DNA from: Intoshia linei
Lineage: Eukaryota > Animalia > Orthonectida
Reading direction: 5' to 3'
Length of the DNA: 32,250 nt
Assembly (NCBI GenBank): GCA_001642005.1
Contig: LWCA01000324.1
Location: 1 to 32,250, forward strand
Each line of letters begins with the position of its first letter. The stretch's first letter is position 1. The translations under genes were made by a program, and so were the position numbers. Under the pieces are notes generated by a model, which was given only the letters and a program-made list of their open reading frames with translations, did no database searches and was not told the DNA's origin. Shown in pieces: positions 22,094-32,250 of the stretch.

Positions 22094-25000
22094 CTAAATG
22101 TTCTCAACATTGTCATTTGTTAAAATATTGAGATTAGTAAAATTGCGTGAAATGGATTGAATATCATCAGCTATTTGACATTTTGGATTAATTTTACCCA
22201 ATTTCCAAGTTCTTTTTCGACCAGTTTTTTTACACTTGTCTTGATATTTGTTATTTATAATTCTAAAAATAATTTAACTAATTTAAAAAAATCCTATACC
22301 TAAATATATAGTTTTTACGTTTTTCATCATTTTTTATTACAACATTGGAATCAATGTTGGTTTTTTTAAAATCATAACAACTTTTATTACGTTGAAACCC
22401 AACATCCTAAAACCAAATTACACCATTTTATTTTTTTATTCTTTTATTTACCAATTTGACTGAATTTTTGACCTTTAAAGACGTCATATTATTTTTTCTC
22501 TTTTTCCAAGTATCTTCATGATTTGATTCTAAAAACAATTGACAATGTGAAATAAAAACAACCTTTCTTAATTTCAAATTTAGTATGTTGATTATGTTTA
22601 GCTTTCACAAATATTTTTGATTTCAAGTTTTTTCTAATAATTTAATAAATAAAAATACAAAATTAACAACCCTCTATTTCTAGAATTTAATAATTTTTGT
22701 TTAATATTTTTGTCTTTTTTAGGAGTAAATTTATTTTGAATAAAATTATTCATACTTTTTGACAATACATTATTTGAATTTATTGAATTTACAGAAAATT
22801 CATCACACATTTTAAAATTGTTGGCAATTTTATTTTCTTTTAAAAAGTTATCTACATTTTTAAAACTAAAGGTTATAATTTTAGGTTCATCTTTTTGTTT
22901 GTGTTTCAATTTTTCACATTTTTTACGTAAATTTCGACGTATTACATCTCGGACATTATTTAAATAAAAATATTCACTGGTATTCAAACGACTTAGCGGA
23001 TTATCATTAATAAAATCCAAGGCTGATATTGCTAAAGCTCGACCAATCTAAAAAATTTTGAAGTTTTTTTACAATTATTTTGGTTAAACCTGTTCGTAAT
23101 GTGTTGGAGTGTATTTTGGTGGAAACTTGCATAATAATGGTGGTGATGTCCGTTCATAAACATCGTTTGGAACAGGAGATAATTTGTTAATTATTCGGCC
23201 CATATTGTAATTACATTCCAATGTATAACTGCAAATAGTCATTATCCTTACTTATATAATATGTTACGCAATATTTGTTTGTGTGTCTGTGTTCCCGTTT
23301 ATTTCAATAACTACTAGTCTTAAAATTTTATAACGTTCACATTTCAATTACAATTTTTTCCGGGTGTTAGTAAAAAAAATTTCAACCTCCCAAACTCACA
23401 TCCTACAGGTCAAAAACTACAATTGTCCTTTTTTTAAAAATCAAACGAATTGGAGAATTAAAAAAAATATATACTCTGATACGGATTTTAAAATTATAAA
23501 TATTATCATAAATTTAAATTTAAAAAAATATATCTTCAGGACCAAAACCACAAATTACCCTTTTTTTTTAATGAAAACAGTTCTAGAATTTAAAAAAAAT
23601 TACATGTGGTACAGTTTTATCCTGTTAACACACACAAAATAATTTAATTCCTAAAATAGTTTCGAAATAAAAAAAATGAATATTAAAGTATTTTTTTGAA
23701 CGTGAAGGCGTCACTTATTCAAACTGAAATTTTTTGTGTCTTAATAGTCATTCTTAATTAATAATCATCTTAATGTCAGAATACAAATATAGCATTTGTA
23801 ATTTTTTTAAATTTCTTGGGCTGTTTTTATTTTTAAAAAAAAAGGGGTAATCTTCGATTTGATCGTGAAAATTATCTTTTTTTAGGTTACCAATTATGAT
23901 AATAATTATAATTTTAAAAACTATCCCAGAATTTATGTTTTATAAAATTTTAGGACATGTTTCATATTTAAAACAAATGGTAATTTGTGGTTTTGACAAT
24001 GAAGGTATGCATTTCTGAGGCTGAGATTTACGACAATGTTAATGTTTTTAAACGTGTCCCAGAATATGTTTTATTAAATTTTTGGGATGATTTTATTTTT
24101 AACAAAAGGTAAAATTGGGTTTTTGACCCTGAAGGACTCAAATTCTGAAACTGAAAAATAAATATAAACACGTCCTGGGAAAAACTGTATTAGAAATTGG
24201 GTTTTTTAAATTCTACGATTGTCAATTTTTTAAATAAACAGTAACAGACAGACATTCAATTTTATATAACTATAATTAATGGATGTTTTCATATACATTT
24301 GTATAAGTCAATTATAAATGTACATAAAATGAGATACCGGAAGTGAAAATGATTAGTAGTGAATCAGTGCTACTAATATGATATTATTACTAAGGATTAT
24401 TTAGTTTCAATAACAAATTTAATCTGAAAATCAAACAGGCAGATTGACATAAATATTATTAATGACTACTGTTAACTGATTTAATTAGTTATTACAAGTT
24501 GTAATATTAAGTATATCTAGTTTTAATTTACAATTAAAGCTACGTAAAATCGTTACATAAAAATTTGCCAATACAACCTCAAAATTATCACACCACATTT
24601 TAGTTGGTTGTCATCATTTTTTTTCAATACCTTCATAGGATTCCAGAGCGAAAAAAGGTTATGAATACCTGGTTTACATGGAAAAATACATCAAGAAATA
24701 AAAATAGATATTTAAAAGAAACGTAAAAAATGTTTATAAATAACAAATTTGTGCGGGTATTGCAAAATCTTTAATCGGCACAGCATGGTGATGCCCCAGG
24801 CATCATGCCTGACTAGTGCATGTAAATAGTTATTTATATACATTTATTTATATTTATTCTACTAAAGTACTCAATTGCAATAGAAATAAAAATAACGAAT
24901 CTATAATAATAATCTTAATTTATTGCAACCAATTTAATTGCAATTCATTGGTAAAAATTATTGAAAAATAATCAATTAATTGTTCAAAAATTATTTTTCA

Positions 25001-27372
25001 ATTATTTTCAATCCCTGGTCACTAGTGACTCACTACACTGTAATACCATTTATTAGTCAATATTTATATATAATGGCAGATTTAGATGTGTTTAAAACTT
25101 TAAGTATTGCATGGGTTTATAAAATTAAATTATAATAGTATAAATTATCACGAATCAATTATGCCATTCAATATATAAATAAATAACTAAAACACTAAAA
25201 ATAAATAACCGTTTACAATAAATCATTTGAAAATAAATAAATAGATAGTGTAAAAAATATTATGTAAAAATTTAATAAGATTCAATGTCCCTATGTAATT
25301 ATTAATTTTTAAAAGTTGACATTAACAAAATATAAAAATGGCATTACCTATTAATCAATCCAAAAGTCTTACAAATAGAAACACGTCCAGATCCTTCTTT
25401 ACTAGACATTCTATTTGAATCTTTCATGTACATATTTTTGAAAGAAAAATTTGATGCATTAAAATCAAAATGAGGTGTATTCAAAGCCATTAATTTAGCA
25501 AAGAGAATATTATCAACTTGTTCATCTTCTGTTTCAAAGTGGTTTCCGTAAAAGAAACAGCCTCTTTTGGAAGCATGTGCATGTAAATCTAAAATTTGTC
25601 AAAAACAGATAAAAATGTTAAGTCGATATTGATGTTGTAGATTAAAACAACACAACTCTGAAAAAAAACTGTATCAAATTAATTTTGAATCTTTAAAATA
25701 AAATGTAACATTCTACAATTACACCCTCAATTAAATTCAAATCATTAATCAATTATTTTCCATATAATGCAATCAATCAAAAAGATGAGTAAACTGATTT
25801 AAAATTTGTTATGTAAATCAATAATGTAGTTATTTGACATTTGATTAAAAAACAAATGTAATTAAAATTACCAAAATAAAAAGCAATTCCGCTACAAGGT
25901 TTGTTTAAATTGTATAAAGTGTCAATATTAATGTCTTTGAAATCAGTATTAACCGAGATTAAATTTTTAGAACCATTTTTAGTAAAATCCAATTGATGAA
26001 AAAAAGATACACCATTTGATTTTTCGCAGACATTAAGACTTTTGGAACTTTCAGTGAAATCCGTTGTTCCCTAATATATTATATTAATTAGATTACTTAA
26101 AATCACCTTTTCATTATTAGTAATCATACTTGCATTACTCCCATTAGACTTCACAGCTGGTAAATTAGGTTGAGTAAAATGAGCCAAACACTTGCTAAAT
26201 TTACTCAAATGTGTGTATTTGCTTAAAGCGTTTATATAATTAAATTTTCCATTGGGATCCATTCGGTTCATAAAATGATAATAAATCAATAAAGATTTTA
26301 CAGCATATATTGAAGGATATTTTTCAAAATCTGGTATTCCCATATACATGCGGTTCAGATTAATTCCCTCTAAATTTGTACGATAGTGGCCACATTTTAC
26401 ACCGTCGGGGTTCAACATTGGTATAATTTTAAAGACAAATCGTTTTCTAAGTTTGACGCTACGTTCATCATTTTCTCGCAATAAAAATTCAATGAATCCT
26501 TTATAAACAAAACTCGATGGAGTTTCTCCAGGATGTACTCTAGCACTCAAAAAATAGACCTGTTTATAGGAAAATATAAAAACTTATTTTAAGTGAACCT
26601 TTTTGTCTCTAAAGGTTTGACACCGTGGTTTGGGTTCAGGAAACAGACGTTTATCGATTCGATCTTCGCATTCGGTCAATTTTGAAAAATTAGAAATTGT
26701 GATTAAATCAATACGATTTCCTCCTTTCGAAAGACATAACAATTCGCGGTAATAATAAATTTCCCTGTTGATATTAAATTAAAATTAAAAAATGAATAAA
26801 ATATACCCAAGTTTACAATTTGCGTACTTGCGATCCAATTTCTCCAACTGTGTTTGGCATTTTTCATAGGACCATGGATAAGTGAATGCGAAATATGTAA
26901 ACGATTTTAATGCTGCCGTAAATTTATGATGAAATGTCAATATTTTAGTTTCAGATGAAATAAAATCATACACGACACGACTACTCACTCTTTCCCAACC
27001 AAGTTTACCAGGAATAGTTCTAGTTACAGGTGCAAATCCTTGACCAAATAATTTTCCATGTCTATTCAAATTCATAATATTGAATTGCACCATTGAGCCA
27101 ATAGGTACGCCAGTTACAGAAAAATAAAACCACGATCTATTGTTAATGAGTATTAAAACAAATAAAATCACCTATTCGAATTTTCGTAAATGGTTCCTTC
27201 ACAATCCAGCCGAGTCCAAATGTTAAAAACGTAAATTTTATCAGAATCCTCTAAAAAACACTTGAAAAATTAAGAATCCAAGTGTACCTTCAATAGACGC
27301 CTCTTCTACTCGGGCCAGGTTTCCAGAATCAAATTTTGAAGAAAACACAATATTTCCAAAGGATTTTTCCAT
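22094..27372 (-). CDS. AGBL5: Cytosolic carboxypeptidase 5 (M14D tubulin deglutamylase)
   Basis: Exons 27372-27288, 27250-27172, 27136-26807, 26764-26599, 26559-26107, 26070-25872, 25588-25348, 23228-23090, 23047-22671, then four less certain low-complexity tail exons from 22633 to stop at 22096-22094. Motifs: [19 protein letters not shown]...[28 protein letters not shown] (HxxE), [45 protein letters not shown] at the extreme N-terminus and HASKRGCF fit the CCP5 subfamily. Confidence 0.93.
23250..23650 (+). mobile_element. Helitron-like repeat, copy 4 (partial) in AGBL5 intron 7
   Basis: GTGTGTCTGTG 5' region, AAAACCACAAATTACCC subrepeat, GGTACAGTTTTATCCTGTTAACACACACAAAA shared with copies 1 and 3. 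Confidence 0.55.
23690..24275 (-). mobile_element. Helitron-like repeat, copy 5 (partial, inverted) in AGBL5 intron 7
   Basis: Reverse complement reads TATATAAAATTGAATGTCTGTCTG...AAAACCCAATTTCTAATACAGTTTTTC... (matches 8726-8752) and ends near the GTGACGCCTTCACG landmark (plus strand CGTGAAGGCGTCAC at 23701). Confidence 0.6.
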
Positions 27373-27607
27373 TTCTAGCAAATTCAGTGTTCAATATTTT
27401 GTTTCCAAGCATAAATTGATCAATTGCTGAAATTACACGATAAAACAATGCGAAACAATTACAAAAGTGTACAGAATAAAAGAACAAAAGGAATTGGAAT
27501 TTTTAAAATGGAAATATAAAAATTTATTTATGTATTAATACACTATTAACTATATATAATTTTATAAATAAAAGATGATGCATTTATACACTATATCAGA
27601 AAAAATA

Positions 27608-29264
27608 TTAATAATTTGCTATTTTCTTGGATTTATTCATATTATTGTACGACCTCTTCAATAATAAATGTTTACCCTTCAATTTTTCAAGATGGCATTT
27701 GGTATTTTTTTCTTCTTTAACTAGTATATCAATATATTCGATAGCATCTTGTAAAATCGTAACTTTGGCTCGACGGTTTCTATTTTTCATGACTGGAACT
27801 AAATCTCTTAAAATTTCAAAATTTGTTTTTAAATCATTCCTGCGTTTTCTTTCTAAATCATTATGTTGGCTCCTTTTTCCACCGGTTTTTTCATTTTTAT
27901 ATACATAATGTTGTCTCTTATAAAAGCTGTGAGAATCGTGTTTTGGAGAAGGTCTATATTCTGTTTGGTCATTTTTCCAATTTGAAATCTCAACATCTTC
28001 GTCAGAATTGGAAGTATCTGAATTTGAAAAGCCGTGGTAAAAGTTTTTATTTGGTGTAGATTTATAATTTGCTTTTTGATAAGAAAATGGTATGTTGTAA
28101 TTGTGTATTTCAGCAACATGCGCTTTGAGGAGACCATAATTTATCTTAGCGGATAGACAGTTTTGTTTGAAATTTTCAGGACAATGACAACGATTTTTTT
28201 TCTCTTTTGGACTAGGTGGAGGAGTATCGTAGCTAGAATTAATTTTTAAAGTATTAGAGTGCGTTTTAAATTGATTTGATGGCATCGTTGTAGATTGATC
28301 AGACTCGGATTCAGTTTGTTCAATGTTGAAATCATAATCGTCTTGTTTTGCGTTTGAAAATTTGCGATATTTGTAATTGAATTCGGACGTACCACTGGAT
28401 CTACGACGACGTCTACGTCTGTAAATGTTTTTTTTGTATTGATTCCGATTTTGATATTTTTTACTCGAAAAAATTGAGTCGAAATTAATTTCAAAGTAAT
28501 TATTGGCAATGTCGATTTCATCGTCTAATGTAAAAAATTAAATTAATCAAGTTAAATTAAAGTAAAAGTAAATTACCTGAACTTTCAATCTCGGAATGCT
28601 CAAATTGTATAACGTGCCGATAAAAAACATTTTTTAAGGCTAGTTCGTAGTTTTTTATTGGCATGCGACCGGGTTCTTCGTCAATTCCCATTAAATTCTT
28701 GATGGCTACATTGGAGGATTTGATATCAACAGTAGAAGACCACATGCAATCGTGAATTAGAGGGTAATTGTTGTAGGCTTTTATGTGAACAGTGTGTAGA
28801 TTGTCTGTAGAAAAAGATTTGTGTAAATTTGTATCGTTTTGTATATTTTGAATAAACGGATAGCTCTGAGTTCGAACCACGTTCTTGTCGGTAAAATCAA
28901 TGCATCCTAATTGTTCCTGAGAAGTCTCTCGTGCAGGTTTCAGGAAAACGTCATCTTTGGTATTAAATATATCTAACGAAATATGTTCTAAAGGTACAAA
29001 ATTGATAGAATCTAAATTGGATAGAAATTCTGAATTGTCTAAAGCAGTCGAATCACTCCGGTACAACAATCCGGAATTTTTTATTTGGCAGTCGAAAGTA
29101 TCAGTAAAAACTTGACTTGAAACGGATTCACATGTGGATTCGCTTTCACTGGTATAATGTTCGTTTTTGTTAAATAACTCTGTTTCGGTATCAGATTTGT
29201 CCGAAAAATTGTCAATTTCAAATAGAGTACCAACTTCACATTTAACAAGATTAGAGTTAAACAT
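27608..29264 (-). CDS. myc: Myc family bHLH-Zip transcription factor (~534 aa, two coding exons)
   Basis: Exons 29264-28577 and 28524-27608 with a 52-nt phase-1 intron. Myc box II LIHDCMWS. Acidic MBIIIb-like SS|DDEIDI right at the splice junction, as in vertebrate MYC. MBIV-like EIHNYNIP. C-terminal KRSQHNDLERKRRNDLK...AKVTILQDAIEYI plus zipper. Confidence 0.93.
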
Positions 29265-29399
29265 AGTATAATTAGAAATCTAAATAAATAATTACACAAA
29301 GACCAATCATATGAATATATTTACAAATGAATGAAATAATAACATTTCAACAATGCGTAATATTACTCAAATTTGTAAATTCCATGATGCACAATAAAT

Positions 29400-29460
29400 G
29401 ACAAATATTCCAGACAAGACAAATATTCCAGACAAAATGGTTTATGTACGCTATTTATAA
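29400..29460 (-). promoter_or_regulatory. Putative myc proximal promoter: TATAAATA box and perfect 18-bp tandem duplication
   Basis: Minus-strand TATAAATA at 29459-29452, about 190 bp upstream of the ATG. GACAAATATTCCAGACAA occurs twice (29400-29417, 29418-29435). TATA-like words are common in AT-rich DNA, so the call is weak. Confidence 0.3.
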
Positions 29461-32250
29461 ATGCGACTGAAAACTAAATCTAAGAAAAATTGGGTGCGCG
29501 TCTGAATAGAATGGTTCATCAAGTACGTATTTATTCACTGTCTGTCTGTATTTGAACTTTGCGAAAAACCAATTCATTAATTGAGCTGATATGTAACACC
29601 AACTCTGTAGACTTTTCATTCATTTATTTGCAATTCGTACAGAATTGTAAATTTTGCAAAATTCACAAGTAAAAAAACACAATTTCATGTAAAATTTAAA
29701 GATAATGCAATTAAAATCAAACTATAAATTATAAAGGGTGACTGTAATCAATAAAACAATTGAATTAATTATAAATTATGCTATTACTTGAATTAATTAC
29801 CTAAATCTTGAAATAAATTTAAATGATGGTTACAAAATTGAATAAATACAATTAATGTATATAATGGATTAGTGACTGGATATAAAATCAAGCACTAGTA
29901 CAAGTCGTCTTTCGTTAATTGAAAGTAAATGAAAGTCGTAAATGATGTTCAAAGCTCTGTGACGCAGTGAAATTGTACACCGTCTCAATTATGCCATAAA
30001 CACAATATAAACGCACATTAATTGCAGTCACAAATTTTAATCAAATACCTGCTTTAATTTAAAAGCGTGAGAAAATGATGCACCGATTAACCTTTTTATA
30101 ATTTTTAGACAGAAGGTATTGCATGCATAAGAAATCCATAGTCTAGTTATAATTTTTAGGGACCAGGTTAAAATTAAAATGTCCAGTTTATATTATCGTT
30201 TTAGCAAACATTTACATTATTACAATTTACACTCATAAATGACATTTGGGTTAAATATTAATTTATATAAAATCAAAAGCTACCTATTTTGTGTATATTT
30301 ACAATAGCAAGATGAAATATTGTTAATTTTGAAAAATATTATATTTTAAAGTTTCATGCAACTCCATTTGTATTTTTTATAAACTGAAGCTGCACTTTTA
30401 TTTACTTATCTTCACGCCAAATTCAACGAAACACTCGTGTAACAGACAATTGCTAATTGGTAAATATTTACAATTGTTTTTACTTCTAATTTTAGTGTTA
30501 GCCTTCAATTTCACGCGTTTTTAAATGGTAAACTAGCCATGATTGCTTTTACTAACAAATTTATTACACCATTTATCCGTTTGTTAAATTGATTTACAAT
30601 TAAGTCAAATTAAATTCAACACGCTAACAGTAGCATCAATTTACGTGATAGGTAATTTGCTTTTTTTACTGCATATTTTTCAAAATTGCAATATGTTTAT
30701 TTTTTATTTACATACATTTCACATTTTATACCCTTGTCATTGTAAATCTAATAATTTTATTATCACCTATTAAATTTTACCCTCTAGAAAAATTCACAAT
30801 CGTTTTTATTTAAACCATAATTGGTGTGTATTTGTTGCATTGTAAACATTTTTATAATGTGATTTTTCTGTGAAAATTATTATAGCAATGAAAATCTTGC
30901 AGTTAAACTTTTAAAATTTAATTTTTTTTATGTATTGGTAGCGTTTTATAATTTTGTTAACTTTTGGTAATTATAAAATTTCGGTATTGAAATAAAATTT
31001 AATTTCGAAAAAATTGAAATTTCAATTTTTTTTAATTGTACGCAGCAATTAATACATGTACAATTTCAAGACTTAACTAACTGACCATTATAAATACAAA
31101 ATTACCTTCGCACTTGTAAATGCTTTTCATGTCCGGACCGTATAAATCAAATTGTAAAAGAAAATGTCTAATTTTATTTTTTATTTATTTACTTATGATC
31201 AGTATCAACTTTAACAAACGATACGCAAAAATAAGAGTTTACATATTGGAATGTCATGACTCGGGATACATCTATTATTTTATCTTAATTTCTTTTTAAA
31301 ATATTGCAATGGTTTTTTCTCTTTTTCAAAGTTAACTAAGACTGCAACAACTAACAAAGAAGGAGGCGAAGAAAACTATTGTTTTACAAGTAAACTAATA
31401 TTCGAAAAATGTAATTGTTTTATTGTATTGGGCGATAATCCATCTAACTTAAAAAAGCTGCTGTTTTTTGCAATTAATTTTTATTTTATTAATTATTTTG
31501 TTAAAAAAGATTGTAAAGAATCTTAATCGTAAAAATTGTAAAATTTGACCGATTCAGATGCAAATTCCTAAAAAAGAACGATTCCTTGGAATTCGTTGCA
31601 TCACTAATAATAACCAAAATTACTCAGATTTGAGTAATAGGAATGTAGAAAATATGCTAAAATTTCATATGCATTTTACAGGTCAAAATTGTAAGTTTTA
31701 TTGCTTACATTTATAAATTGACTGACAAAGTATTTTATATACACAGATTAATGTTTTTTGTGAATTAATTTGTTTATGTATTTGTGACTAACAGAGGATA
31801 GTAAGTAACAATCACTCCACAGCCTAGCAACACGAAGCTTTAACCTTGGATAATCCGTTACAAAGGCAAGGACATTGGAAATCAAGTAATAAGCACATAG
31901 TTACAGAACTTTCAATGATAAACAAAGTTATACTGGATTATATATTATTACTAGAGTCGACATTTTATAGCACTAAAAATTCGATGATAATGCTAATTTT
32001 ATTGACTTTATACAATTGTGAGCCTGTAATTTTGCACGAAATTATAAATGCTAGAAAGTAGTTTTTAAGTCAATAAGTTGCGTTGATAGTTCTATTTTTT
32101 TCATTTTAAATTCTAGAAATGCACGCATTTAAATTGCATTTAAGCACTTATGCATTTATGCAAAATTTGCACTAACCAATTTGTTTTTTACATAATAAAA
32201 ATTGTGAGTGCAATAACTATGTCACTTTTTGTGATTTAAGTTTATTTTAC

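Noticed and set aside
3204-23642. Short F/I/K/N/L-rich ORFs (3204, 6381, 8263, 9337, 14139, 15348, 15515, 17286, 19478, 23364)
   Set aside because: Composition mirrors AT-rich repeats or introns; several lie within TE copies or antisense to real exons.
27627-29299. ORFs 27627-27908, 27823-28059, 27853-28137 and 29081-29299
   Set aside because: Antisense or alternate-frame shadows of myc with no recognisable motifs.
31846-32061. 71-aa plus-strand ORF
   Set aside because: Non-ATG (TTG) start, no motif and no supporting exon chain.

Overview
AT-rich, intron-dense eukaryotic (animal) DNA with many 34-47 nt GT-AG introns. The ORF track shows only exon fragments, so I assembled genes by hand from splice sites and reading frame. 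Left to right: (1) decayed Tc1/mariner right end; (2) last three exons of an ankyrin-repeat gene (+); (3) a ~16 kb, 45-exon minus-strand gene (17243->1276, ~1482 aa) encoding a signal peptide, about 40 furin-like/VSP-like CxxC cysteine-rich repeats (mostly one repeat per symmetric phase-1 exon), a three-finger LU (Ly6/uPAR/Quiver-type) domain and a GPI-anchor signal; (4) tRNA-Gly(CCC); (5) a complete 13-exon cytosolic carboxypeptidase 5 (AGBL5) gene; (6) a two-coding-exon Myc gene only 235 bp upstream of AGBL5; (7) ~3 kb of non-coding DNA upstream of Myc. Large introns and intergenic DNA carry non-autonomous Helitron-like and hAT-type MITE-like repeats. The best candidate for an undescribed system is the GPI-anchored cassette-exon surface protein, which resembles protist variant surface antigens but sits in an animal genome. 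All gene models are manual predictions with no transcript evidence.
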